Source of the DNA: Octopus sinensis | Lineage: Eukaryota | Assembly: GCF_006345805.1 (NCBI RefSeq) | Contig: NC_043017.1 | Location: 30,380,001 to 30,444,000, forward strand | DNA length: 64,000 nt | Direction of reading: 5' to 3' | Shown here: positions 26,694-38,879 of the stretch, one piece after another | How the letters are laid out: each line of letters begins with the position of its first letter | How positions within the stretch are numbered: position 1 is the stretch's first letter | Position numbers and translations under genes: made by a program | Notes under the pieces: generated by a model | What the model was told of the DNA's origin: nothing | What the model saw: only the letters and a program-made list of their open reading frames with translations | Databases searched by the model: none

Positions 26694-26694
<1 letters not shown>
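24085..26694 (-). mobile_element. 5'-truncated Penelope-like element (RT plus GIY-YIG endonuclease, 3' terminal region with HHR)
   Basis: Frameshifted ORF with PGRPIVS, GVAMGTRMGP.YA, GRYIDD, SVSFLD, YKHTDSHSYL, C...RCRTC, IIYCISC..C..LYIGQTGR, RF.EH and REQELI...PFGLN. (TA)n on both sides. Confidence 0.92.
24182..24220 (-). ncRNA. Minimal type I hammerhead-like motif with CUGUUGA core variant
   Basis: Minus strand reads UCUUU-CUGUUGA-A-GAGC-GUAG-GCUC-GAAAC-GUU-AAAGA, giving stem I UCUUU/AAAGA, stem II GAGC/GCUC and a palindromic ACGU stem III. Confidence 0.7.
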
Positions 26695-26735
<41 letters not shown>

Positions 26736-26778
26736 GGGGGGTATGTACATGTGTATATGTGCGTCTATGTATGAATGC

Positions 26779-27153
26779 GGGAGGCACAATGGCCCAGTGG
26801 TTAGGGCAGCGGACTCGCGGTTGTAGGATCGCGGTTTCGATTCCCAGATCGGGTTTTGTGAGTGTTGTTTATTGAGAGAACCCACCTAAAGTTCCACAAA
26901 GCTCCGGTAGGGGGGGTGAACCCTGCTGTAGCGTGTCCCCCCAACGTTCTCTCTTTCTTCATGTTTCTGTTGTACCTGTATTTCAAAGGGCCGGCCTTGT
27001 CACACTCTGTGTCACGCTGAATCTCCCCGAGAAATACGTTAAGGGTACACTTGTTTGTGGAGTACTCTGATATTTGCACGTTAATTTTACGAGCAGGCTG
27101 TTCCGTCGATCGGATGAACTGGAACCCTCGAAGTTGCAGCCGAATGTGTGCCA
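26779..27153 (+). mobile_element. tRNA-derived SINE family C
   Basis: A-box-like tggcccagtgg and B-box-like ggtttcgattccc, followed by (GTAT)n. Confidence 0.9.
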
Positions 27154-27159
27154 TGATAC

Positions 27160-27540
27160 GGTATGTATGTATGTATGTATGTATGTATGTATGTATGTAT
27201 GTATGCATGCATGCATGCATGCATGCATGTATGTATGTATGAATGTATGCATGCCTGTATGTATGTATGTATGTATGTATGTATGTATGAATGTATGTAT
27301 GCATGCATGTATGTATGTATGTGTGTATGAATGTATGTATGAATGAATGTATGTATGTATGTATGTATGAATGTATGTATGTTTGTATGTATGAATGTAT
27401 GTATGTATGTATGTACGTACGTACGTACGCAGGCAGGCAGGCAGGCACGCACGCACGCACGCACGCATGCATGCATGTATGTATGTATGTAAGCATGTAT
27501 GTATGTATGTGTTATGTATGTATGTATTTATGTATGTATG
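27160..27540. repeat. Tetranucleotide compound microsatellite (ATGT, ATGC, ATGA, ACGT, GCAG, GCAC)
   Basis: Directly visible. Confidence 0.95.
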
Positions 27541-29422
27541 CAAAAAGATTATGTATAACGTGTTCGGAATTCCTCGCCACTATTAAATGTGAACTAAGAG
27601 ACATTTAAATTAAATTGCTAACCTTACATTCAATATTTTTGACTAATTTGTGTTCACTTGTATTTCATGGCGTTTATTACTAAATTTTTTGAATGAAATA
27701 TTTATATCCACTAAAATTAGAATATGTTGAGGTCTCCATGGTTACAAATGAAAGCGTTATTGTATTTTTTCAAAAATCTGTAAATGCCGTTCTCATTTCA
27801 CCGGTGAATGTAAATAAAATTTTGGATTAAATTCTTCTGGTTTGAAAATTGCTTTTCAATTAAAAATTAATTAGATTTGCTCAAATATATTTTAACTACA
27901 CGAGCCAATTAAAATTATTTCCCACTCGCTCAGTTATTCTGCTATTAACCAAAGCCCAATAATCTCATAACATCTTACTAATTTAAAAAAATGCTTTGAA
28001 TGCATTAAGTAATGCAAAACCTAGATAAAATTATTGTGTAGAAATAGAGATATAATAGATAGTCACGTCTATATTTCCCTTTCATATATAACCCTAACTC
28101 TAAACCTAACCTCCTTGTAAAATGAAGCATTTACAAAAAATTTAATAAGGATTTAAATTTTTAATTCACTAATCTGGTTGAATCATAATGGTCATTGTAA
28201 GAATTTTTGGCTATTTGAGAACTGAAGATTCTAATCCTGGTAATAAAGCTCAACTTGTGCGTCTGTGTGTTTAACTTCCCGGCACATCTTCTCCTAGCCA
28301 ACAAATCGTAGAAATACCAAAGGACCACTGATGCGGTCACAGGAGTGTGACGAAAGAAGTCTGGCCGAAATAAGATTAAGATTAATGTAAAAAATAAATA
28401 ACACTGAAATAACACCAAATATATAGTGCGTGTGTTTTTATTGGTTAAACTGGCAAAATGACCATTCCAAAATACAACAATGTCTGTTTCAACACACGAT
28501 CTCACTTAAAAAATCTTGCGCAACAAATATATATATACGTAATATTTTCTTATACTTTTGACCTAAGCGAATTTCGAATGAAAGCTTCGACACTAAGTTT
28601 GACGCTTAAACACGTCCATAAATAGTGTGTCTCGACATTTTCGTTTGAGATGTAAAAGCTGTGATGCTATGCTTCCACAAAGCCATCGTCAACAATAAGG
28701 AGAGGAAAGCAACGTGTGGAGAGCTTGTGTTTCGTGATAGAGTCCAACAATTGAGAAGGAAAATGAGACGTGATAGTCACGGTTGAAATTATTTAAACTG
28801 AGATTGGAAGATAAGCGACAACCGATGCAGTAGTTTTGCACATGTAAACAAAAATTCCCACAACACAAACACCAAGAAAAGCAAATTATATAAGGTGCTT
28901 GAGGGTTATTTCCAATATTGTGAAAAGCATCATTTTGTTTGTCTTAATCCATTTCTTTGTTAGATTCCCTGCCAATATTTTTTTCCTGCTTGTGTTCCAA
29001 TCATGGTAGTTCTTGTCGACACACTTCTCATGCAATCCAATCATATGATATATAGTTTTATTTCTAGGAAAAAGTTTTCTATTTTTTTTCTTTTTTCCTA
29101 CAATAATTTCATATCTCACATATGTGTGTTTCCACTATGATCCAAAATAACAATTTTTTCATCTTTCCATTAAGTGTGATTAGTTTTCTCCTGTTTTTAG
29201 TTTTTCCAAAAGTATAAAACTTTTTTTAAAATTTTGACGTGAACCTGCGATAGATAAACTAAACATAACGTTTTTCCTAATAGGAAAAACAATGGCTTTC
29301 TCTCTCTGTCTCGTAAACTTCAGAGTTCCATTTGTTCTTATCAACTTATTCCTTTACGTTAAAAACTGCATGTGGTCGCAAAAAGCTTTTTGATATGAAA
29401 ACTAGCTAAGAAGGTACATTTG

Positions 29423-29504
<82 letters not shown>

Positions 29505-29599
29505 TATATATATATATATATATATAATATATATGAGAAATCAATAAATAAAACATATGCATATATACATACATATATGTACGTACCTACCTCTACATG

Positions 29600-30095
29600 T
29601 ATATATACATGCATATCTGTGTACAGGACACCAAAAAAAACGTCGAACACAATGAGAAACGAAAACATAAACACAAAACCAAGGAACTGGACATTTTTCT
29701 TAAACATCGAAAAATAGAGTACAGTATAAACAACACAAGGAAAATTCCCCTTCTTCAGTCGCCATGGTTTCATCTACTCTGCGTTTCCAAAGTGAAGGCG
29801 ATACGCAGCTTCGATAGAAACTTTCCTTCCCGCGAAAAGCAAATTAAATAAAATTTTAGATCATTTTGCGGATGGGTAAAAATGGTAACAAAAACAGGAC
29901 AGTAACGACAGTACAAAACATAAACAGTAAAAGACAGGACAAGGAGAATAACAAGAAAAGAAGGGCTGTTAAGCCCAACGAGATAAAGTATTACGAACGC
30001 TATTTTTGAGAACGGCGAAGGAGCAACAGAAAATGCCGTCCGTACTTGAAGGAAGCCAGATTAGAAAGGCAGTAGCAGAGCTCTCGTCGCGGGTC
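29600..30095 (-). repeat. Dispersed repeat, diverged homolog of 31265-31680 in inverted orientation
   Basis: Shared anchors actgtcctgtt(t/c)ttgt.acca.ttttaccc(a)tccgcaaaa, gagtag.tgaaac, gaagaaggggaat, tcgtttctcatt and gtcctgtac. Confidence 0.75.
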
Positions 30096-30647
30096 ATCGA
30101 CGGGAGGGAGGAGGAGTAGCATATTTTTTTTATCTAGTTTCAGCTCACGAGCTGTGGCCATGCTGGGGCACCGCCATTTATATATGTATATATATATTCA
30201 TATATAGTTTCAGCTCACGAGCTGTGGCCATGCTGGGGCACCGCCATTTATATATAGATATGTATATGTGTATATATATATATATATTCATATTTATATA
30301 TATTATATTATATTATATTATGTTCTATTATATTATATTAATCCTTTACTCATGAACTACCTTTTCTCCTCTCACTTTTCCTTATCTCAATTCCCCACAC
30401 CCAGTCTCCCCTCTAATACACTTAGCTCTTCGCATTCAATCCTTCTTTACACTTTTAACATCTCAAATGCAAGATCTATTTTCTGTAGTCGGAGATTTGT
30501 CACATCCTGTGACAGAACCAATCTACAAACATCGTTATGCACCATCGAGGCCACAGAAACAGCTGTTGCACTTGGCAGTCTTTTCTTTCACCCTTTTAAT
30601 ACTCTGCATCATTTGTACTGTATGTATGTTAGACACTTTATACGTAT

Positions 30648-31062
30648 AGGCGTAGAAGTGGCTGTGTGGTAAGTAGCTTCTTACCAACCACATGGTTACG
30701 GGTTCAGTCCCACTTCGTGGCAGCTTGGGCAAGTGTATTCTACTATAGCCTTGGGCCGAACAAAGCCTTGTGAATGGATTTGATAGACGAAAACTGAAAG
30801 AAGCCCGTCGTATATATGCACATACATATATCTATGTGTATGTGTATATGTTTGTGTGTCTGTTTTTGCCCCCCCCCCAACATCGCTTGACAATCGATGC
30901 TGGTGTGTTACGTCTCTGTCACTTAGTGGTTCGGCAAAAGAGACCGATAGAATAAGTACTGGGCTTACAAAGAATAAGTCCTGGGGTCGATTTGCTCGAC
31001 TAAAGGTGGTGCTCCAGCATTGACACAGTCAAATGACTGAAACAAGTAAAACAGTAAATGAG
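30648..31062 (+). mobile_element. SINE family B
   Basis: Head ggcgtagaagtggctgtgtggtaag and tail aacaagtaaaa. Confidence 0.9.
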
Positions 31063-31264
31063 TAATACATATATACATTTTTTGTATTTCTTGTATTTCT
31101 TTATATAATGATATAATTTGCTTATCCCTACATTTACTGCTGTACCCGCACAAATTTAAATCTCATTTACACTACTTAGTGTATTCTATACAAAGAAAAT
31201 TTGCACCTCATCTATGAACTATATATATCCCATTCACCATTCCCTCTGTCTCACTCTTACTCCT

Positions 31265-31680
31265 CGACTCTCTCGTCGCTGACACGTGACGAGAGGGAAT
31301 CTATGCTTCTGACTACTATCTTCGTAAATAATAAACGTGCTTATCCTGTCTCTTCATAAGCTCGTCTTCGCAAACGTCCTCAAAATGTTTTCCATCGTCT
31401 TGGTTTAACAACTCTCACCGTTTGTCTTTACTGTTTTGTTCTCACTGTCCTGTTCTTGTGACCACTTTTACCCTCCGCAAAAAAATTATTTATATTTTAT
31501 TTTATTTGCTTTGCTGGAAGGACTGTTTCAACTAAGTCGCGTCTTGTCCTTGCCCTCGAACATGGAGTAGTTGAAACAGGGATAACTAAAGAAGGGGAAT
31601 ATTCTTTATGTTGTATGTCTCGTTTCTCATTCTGTTTAACGTTTTATGATGTCCTGTACCCATATTTGAGTGCATATATA
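31265..31680 (+). repeat. Dispersed repeat, diverged homolog of 29600-30095
   Basis: Same anchors as 29600-30095. Confidence 0.75.
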
Positions 31681-31684
31681 CATA

Positions 31685-31722
<38 letters not shown>

Positions 31723-32073
31723 GTGTGTGTGTGTGTGTGTACATGATGGACAATGATCATGAACCTACGTACATATTCACTGTGCTGCTGCAGGGAATCT
31801 GTGAATTCCTGCTTTTGCTGCAGATAAATACAATGAAAAGAATACGTTTACATTCTTGTTTCAAACGTTGGGGTTTATAATATGTAAATCTATTTAATTT
31901 TTTTCTGATTAAGTATAATGCACCCCCGCACACATATACATGAACATTGCCGCACGACGCACACATATACTCATGCAAAACACCTACACACGTACACACA
32001 CTATTGTGTCTCTCTTTGAGCCTCAGATTTATGTACACTTACCTCCTCCTCTGTATGTGTGTGAGTATTTATA

Positions 32074-32472
32074 TCTTTATATATAAAAGTGAGGTTGCGT
32101 GCTGTCTGTCTCCTACGATTTAGATTCCTAACTACTCCCACATTTTGCGGTGCAGTTTAACTAAAACCGGGTATCTTATAGTCGTGATTCATATCAAGCC
32201 CTTCTGGGTATTAGCGCGCGTCTACGATGAGTCTACGAGTTTTAAAAACATTTACTATCATTTTTTCCCATTTTAATGCATTTTTTCGCTATTATATAAG
32301 GGAAGTAACTCGCTAAAAATATCTACGATGAGTCAACTATTTAAAAAAAATTACCATCATTTTTTTCCCATTTTTAATGCATTTTTTTGCAATTTTTTTG
32401 CTATAACTCTCTAAAAATGCTTATATAGTTATTTCCCTTACAAACACGAGCCACACCGAGCGATACTGCTAG
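32074..32472 (+). mobile_element. Non-autonomous Helitron (~400 bp)
   Basis: 5' TC and 3' CTAG, inserted between A and T with no TSD. The subterminal hairpin is degenerate. A second copy is at 40759. Confidence 0.85.
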
Positions 32473-32876
32473 TATGTCATAATAACACATGAGAATATAG
32501 ACATTGTAATCTGCGCCGGTATTTCTTGTATTACCGCATTCTTGTGACTATTTTTCTCCAGGCCTAAATATAATGAAATGCTAGCATCGAACGTGCATGA
32601 TGTGGGAAATATTTAGATAAAAGATTCTTCGCTATTCTAAACGGATGCCGTCTAACAACGTATTTCTTCGTATCGTGATTATAACTGTGAAGTTACAAAT
32701 TTTAATTTTACGCCCGCAAAAGTTTGTCCTGCGATCACCATGTGACGAATCTATATTCATACGACACGAGCAAATTTGTGTCAGGGAACACACGTCGTTT
32801 ACACAAAAGCCGTTGGCATCAACATCTTGATGAAGGTAATGCGATTTTATACATAAAATTTTCAGTGTCGCACAGC

Positions 32877-32932
<56 letters not shown>

Positions 32933-33053
32933 TACATGGCTTTTCTCTCAGAGTATTTTTATGTCTGGTGTTTCCTTTGGCTTCTTAAAAGAACTTTTCC
33001 TTATGCTTTCGTGAAGTAGAATGAAATAAATTATTAGCGTTGGTAGTTACTTG

Positions 33054-33054
33054 C

Positions 33055-33103
<49 letters not shown>

Positions 33104-33106
33104 TAA

Positions 33107-33176
<70 letters not shown>

Positions 33177-33214
33177 ATTATTACTAATATTATTATTATT
33201 ATTATTATTACTAA

Positions 33215-33248
<34 letters not shown>

Positions 33249-33253
33249 GCTAA

Positions 33254-33304
<51 letters not shown>

Positions 33305-33563
33305 CATTATTATGAGTGAGAGAGCAGTTCATGCCATCAAAGTGACACTGGGGTAAAATATACGAAGCCCAATATACCCATCGTGACTACCTGTATGATA
33401 AAGGTACACCAGGCACATGCATCACAACCATATGTGCGCGACATGGTGATCTCATATCAAGATAAACAGCACATGGCCTTGCAGGTGGGGCCCAGTTAGA
33501 ATTTTCTTCAGGTTGAGTAGCCCATCCCGCTCAAAAGGTCCCTGAATAAGGGTTGTTTAAGGA

Positions 33564-33621
<58 letters not shown>

Positions 33622-33760
33622 GTTGTTGTTATTATTATTATTATTACTAATATTATTATTATATTATTATTATTATTATTATTATTATATTACTATATTA
33701 TTATTATTTATTATTTTATTATTATTATTATTACTATTATTATTATTATATTATTACTAC

Positions 33761-33791
<31 letters not shown>

Positions 33792-33807
33792 TTATTATTA
33801 TTACTAC

Positions 33808-33863
<56 letters not shown>

Positions 33864-33895
33864 GGATCATCATCATCATCATCATCATTATCAAT
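33054..33895. repeat. (ATT)n/(ATC)n microsatellites enclosing a ~250-bp non-simple segment (33313-33563)
   Basis: Tracts are directly visible. The enclosed segment resembles an interspersed repeat but its family is not established from this window. Confidence 0.8.
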
Positions 33896-33897
33896 GA

Positions 33898-34316
33898 GGC
33901 GGCGAGTTGGCAGAATCGTTAGCACGCCGGGCGAAATGCTTAGCGGCATATCGGCTGCCGTTACGTTGTGAGTTCAAATTCCGCCGAGGTCGACTTTGCC
34001 TTTCATCCTTTCGGGGTCGATAAATTAAGTACCAGTTAAGCACTGGGGTCGATATAATCGACTTAATACCTATGTCTGTCCATGTTTGTCCTCTCTATGT
34101 TTAGCCCCTTGTGGGTAATAAAGAAATAGGTATTTTGTCTGCCGCTAAGTTCTGAGTTCAAATTCTGCCGAGGTCGACTTTGTCATTCATCCTTTCGCGG
34201 TCAGTTAAATAAGTACCAGTTAGCACTGGGGTCGATATAATCGACTTAATCTTTTTATCTGTCCGTGTTCGTCCCCTTTGTTTAGCCCCTTGTGGGTAGT
34301 AAAGAAATAGGTATTT
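33898..34316 (+). mobile_element. SINE family A, head plus two body units
   Basis: Same structure as 4564-4978. Confidence 0.9.
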
Positions 34317-34435
34317 CTTTATCTACTACTTCCTGAACCAGAATTCCTTGCAGTATGTTTTCAAGATCTACACGTTTCCAGTTTCAATACCGCATAGGTC
34401 AGTTTTTCTTATATCGCTCTAAGATCTATTAAATA

Positions 34436-34985
34436 TTGGGTTGTCCGTAAAATTCGTGCCGATTTATTGTAGCTTACCTTTCGACTTATTTTAGAACAGT
34501 GTTGAGTCCATAAAGTAGGATATTACTGCACCTCCATTTAGAACACAGTTAAGCTATCTTTTCGTGGAAAGTTTATGTTCCTATAACCTATATTAATTCT
34601 GTAACCCTGTAAAATGGAAGAGAAGAAAGTTCATTTTCAGCACGTGATGATTTGAGAGCGAGACAAAAATTGCTGCAGCTCGGTTAGGGTGTGTTACCCC
34701 ACCCTCCTTTTTCACCAGATATTGCTCCTTCGGATTTCCACTTATTCAGGTCTCTGCAGAATAGTTTTAATGGTAAAAATTTCAATTCGTTGGGTGACTT
34801 AAAAAGATACCTTGATTAATTCTTTGCATGGAACCACCTCAATTCTGGAAAAATTATGTTTTGAAGTTAAAGGAATGATGGAGACGCATTGTGCATCAAA
34901 ATGGTTGAATAAAAATGTAATGGCAAGTATTTAATGACATTGTTCTTTCCTTTAAATATCGGCACGATCTTTCCGGACAACCCCA
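34436..34985 (+). mobile_element. Internally deleted mariner (Tc1/mariner) transposon
   Basis: TIRs ttgggttgtccg.aaa.ttcgtgccgat, TA flanks, and transposase C-terminus LPHPPFSPDIAPSDFHLFRSLQN. Confidence 0.9.
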
Positions 34986-34989
34986 TAAT

Positions 34990-35180
34990 TTCATAGTTTA
35001 GCGTAAGGCCAGCAGTTTAGGAGGGAGAAGCTAAGTCGATTATTTCGATCAAAGTGTTTATCTGGAACCAACCCGAAAGGAAAAGAACAAAGTCGACCTC
35101 AGCGGAACATGGACTCAGAACTTTAGGTCGACGACAATGCGACTAAGCAATTTGCATGGCGTGCTAACCATTCTACCAGT
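34990..35180 (-). mobile_element. Degenerate SINE family A-related copy
   Basis: aaagtcgacctcagcggaacatggactcagaac...ctaaccattctaccag. Confidence 0.7.
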
Positions 35181-35609
35181 CGCGTCGTCTTAAATTGCAA
35201 CGTAACACAGCTTGAAATGGAATACGAAATGTATTGCGCTCGCTATAAGTTCTACTCTCTCCTCGCTCCAAAATACTGGCCTCGTGCCTATCTTCGAAGA
35301 GTGTAGATGGTGGTGGATGGTTTAATTACCATATAGAAATATTCGTTGAACAAATACCAGTGCCCGTTGGTGCCAAGAAATATGATTAATTGATAATCGG
35401 TAAATATGATTAAGTGATAATTTAATTATAAATGTTTATTGATCACATTTGTAACATAAAAGTGGTTTTGATTATTTCAAATATTTTCAGCAGCAATCAT
35501 GAAATTGTTATGACTAAATGTGGTGATTAGAAAAATTGTTTTGAGTTAGATGATGCTACTGTTTGGGAGATAGAGAAGAAGAACTTGTCCGGAATTTTAT
35601 CAACGTTTC

Positions 35610-35815
35610 ATGCGAAGAGCTGGCAGAATAATTAGGACTCCGGGCAAAATACTTAGCGGCAATTCGTTCGTCTTTATGTTCTGAGTTCAAATCACGCCGA
35701 GGTCGACTTTGCCTTTTACCTTTTCGGGGTCGATAAGTAACAGTTCAGTTGTGTGGTCGATGTGATCAACTTCACCTCTCCCCCGATGTTTCTGGCCTTC
35801 TGTCTAAATTTGAAA
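35610..35815 (+). mobile_element. Degenerate SINE family A-related copy
   Basis: gagctggcagaa...gttctgagttcaaatcacgccgaggtcgactttgcc. Confidence 0.75.
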
Positions 35816-36007
35816 TCAATATAGTAACTAGAATGTTATATAGCAAATGACAGTAAAAAATTATTTATTCATAGAAAATTGGCCACATCTGAAGCACTAA
35901 GAATATAGGCTTGATTATAATGTTGATGATATTCATACGGAAAGCAATCTTTTAACATTCATTCTTGCGTCTTGTTTTGATGAATATATATATATATATA
36001 TATATAT

Positions 36008-36242
36008 ATCAGAAATATTAAATTTCTAAATATCTCATAGAGATATGTACGGTGGTGGAGCGATAGAGTGGTTGTATACTGTCAACTTAACGTGACAGTC
36101 CCGTAAGGGAATTACACCACCGCTATTTAGCCCTAGGAAGCATCGACATTTCCTATCGGCCTTGACACAGTTCCTGTGTCTTGCCCATCATCAGTCTAGA
36201 GTAGCACAGGCCTGCTAGCTGAAGATATGTGTCTAGACTTCG

Positions 36243-36276
<34 letters not shown>

Positions 36277-36301
36277 TTTATTTACTGATCACCAAAATCA
36301 G
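36008..36301 (-). mobile_element. Inverted, differently permuted copy of the 346-bp HHR unit with ~76 bp deleted
   Basis: Reverse complement matches 36299-36644 segment by segment. It starts and ends with atcag and lacks 36471-36546. Confidence 0.85.
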
Positions 36302-36659
36302 TATACAACCACTCTATCGCTCCACCACCGTACATATCTCCATGAGATATTTAGAAATTTAATATTTCTGATTTTGGTGATCAGTGAATAAACTTGCATG
36401 TATATTTACGAAGTCTAGACACATATCTTCAGCTAGCTGGCCTCTGCTACTCTAGGCTGATGATGGGCAATACCCAGAAACATGCATGTCTCGAGATGCA
36501 GGCCTAGCGGTTGGGGATGTTTGTCTCCCCTTCGTAAATATATAAGGACACAGGAAATGTGTCAAGGCCGCCAGGGAGCGTCGATGCTTCCTAGGGCTAA
36601 CCAGCGGTGTGTAATTCCCTTACAGGACTGTCACGTTAAGTTGACAGTATACAACCACT
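36299..36659 (+). mobile_element. Retrozyme-like non-coding element: one 346-bp unit plus a 15-bp terminal redundancy
   Basis: cagtatacaaccact occurs at 36299 and 36645. The unit contains an HHR, encodes no recognisable protein and is flanked by (TA)n. Confidence 0.75.
36451..36496 (+). ncRNA. Type I hammerhead ribozyme, predicted cleavage after C36490 (GUC)
   Basis: UCUAGG-CUGAUGA-UGGG-CAAUA-CCCA-GAAAC-AUGCAU-GUC-UCGAGA. Complete consensus core, 4-bp stem II, palindromic stem III ACAUGCAUGU, and stem I with one mismatch. Confidence 0.9.
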
Positions 36660-37064
36660 ATATATATATATATATATATATATTATTCAAAGGAATTCCA
36701 ACTCTGTTTTTTAAGTTTTATTTATGTTCTTTATAATATTAATATAGAATAAATATAGAATATATAGTATAAATAGTATATATAATGTAACATGAAACGA
36801 AGTATTGATTGTCTTATTGATAGATGGAATATTGAATATCAAATATTACGGGACTAGCATACTTTCTTGCATTAAAGCAGTCTTCAAGGTGCCTGGTTAT
36901 GACAGGAGTGTTTCAACTGTTTCAACTATATAAGTGTATATATATATTTATTTATATGTATGTATGTATGTATGTATGTATATATGTATATATATATATT
37001 TTTTTATGTGTATGTATGTATATATGTATATACATATATATATATATTTATTTATATGTATGTA

Positions 37065-37109
<45 letters not shown>

Positions 37110-38339
37110 TAATATATATATGTATATATATATATATTATATATATATATATTATATATATATATATATATAAATATACATATGTTGCAAACTTTTTGCT
37201 AGAGTGCAACTATATCGTGGTGAAAGATGTATCATCTGCATGCGGTCTAATCTTGAAATCGAGCCTGCCTACGTGGAACAATTTTAGTAAGGCATTTTAC
37301 GTGCCGTCAGCGCTAACACAATGCCTTAGGTGACCCTGAGCATTGGAACCGTATACTACCCAGCATCGTACAAGCGTGACTATTGGTCAGCCAATTATTA
37401 TTGAATCATGTTGCACAATCCCAATCCAGATTCTTCCCTTAAATTCCAATAAAATCCAACGACGTTTCACAGCAGGATTATACGCTTTGGCCAAATTATG
37501 TTGAATTTTAGATGGCTTATTTCTATATTCGCAGTAAATTAATAAATGTAGACGCTATTCATTTATCTGTGAACAAGATATCATCCGAGCTCTCACATAT
37601 GTTTTGTTAGTCAAACAATAGTGTAAAAGCTAATTGGAATATCATTTGAACATACAAAAAACTATGGTTTGTACACAGATCCTACGAACCGGAGGAATTT
37701 CCATTGTTTTAAAGGATGGTAACCACTTTTTACTAATGAAATGATCCATTTATCAGTAGATATTTTCACGATCCTTTTGTATACGCGTAGCTATTTATAT
37801 AATGGCGGTGCCCCAGCATGGCCACAGCTCATAAGCTGAAACTGGAAAAATCAAAATCAAAAAAATCATATTAAATAGTCGCAAAAAGAGAAGAAAGTTT
37901 TTTCCCTCATTTTCAGCTAAAGAAACTTTTCTGCTCCAAAAAGATCTTTGAAGAATTATATCCATGTTTCTATTGGCTGAGTATATGGCCAGTACTCATA
38001 CATTTTGAAATAGTATACTTGTCTTACCTTCTCGTTGTTTTAATGAATATTTATGAGCGAACAGCTCTGTTAGCTACAGTTTAATAAATTCTTAATCTCA
38101 CAATTAGACACATTGTAAATGTTCATGTGGATAAATTTGGCAGTAATCTAATTCTCTGTATTTCTCAAATATATTTCGCTATGCTTTTAACTGCAAGACA
38201 CACTCATATACACAAACACATATGCCTATACAAACATGTATGTATGTATGTATGTATGTATGTATGTATGTATGTATGTATATGCATTTGTGTTTGTGTA
38301 TATTAGTGTGTCTTGAAGCTAAAAGCATAGGAAATATAT

Positions 38340-38403
<64 letters not shown>

Positions 38404-38510
38404 CATATATACATATATACATATATACATATATATGTATATATACATATATATATGTATGTATATGTATATGTATCGGATTGACACTTTGATTTCTATA
38501 TTTTTTAACA

Positions 38511-38671
38511 GGCGAAGAATTGGCTGTGTAGTGAGGTGCTTGGTTCCCAAAATTATATGGTTTCGAGTTCAGATCCACTGGGAGGCATCTTGGACAAGTG
38601 TCTACGATAGTCTCGGGCCGACCGAAGTTTTGTGGCTGAATTTGGTAGACGGACACTGAAAGAATTCCGTC

Positions 38672-38729
<58 letters not shown>

Positions 38730-38760
38730 ACATATGTATTTATAAATGTATTTGTGTATG
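38511..38760 (+). mobile_element. SINE family B, degenerate 5' half
   Basis: tggctgtgtagtgag...ctcgggccgaccgaag...gtagacggacactgaaagaa. Confidence 0.8.
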
Positions 38761-38879
38761 CATTTGTGTGCCGCCAAATCATCGATGGATTTTAACGCTG
38801 GCCAAGGGGATATGAAAGCTACCCCATTCTGGCTTTAACATTGAAATATCAAAATTGATATGACATACGTATCTAAGGT

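Noticed and set aside
26779-26850. tRNA genes at SINE heads (all families)
   Set aside because: A- and B-box-like motifs run into SINE bodies shared by many copies, and no complete cloverleaf was found.
28088-28112. Telomere-like aaccctaactctaaacctaacc
   Set aside because: Too short and degenerate, and not a chromosome end.
30134-30252. Tandem ~50-bp duplication (also inverted at ~37800-37845)
   Set aside because: It matches the 3' segment of SINE family B (ctgtggccatgctgg.gcaccgcc), so it is an ordinary SINE fragment.
32723-32835. Plus-strand exon candidate LSCDHHVTNLYSYD…WHQHLDE with donor gtaatg
   Set aside because: The acceptor is weak, the opposite strand is also open, and no family is recognised.
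36219-36245. Other CTGAAGA/CTGATGA hits (here, 2513, 5397, 6569, 17725, 19686)
   Set aside because: None has a stem II followed by GAAA, so they are not hammerheads.
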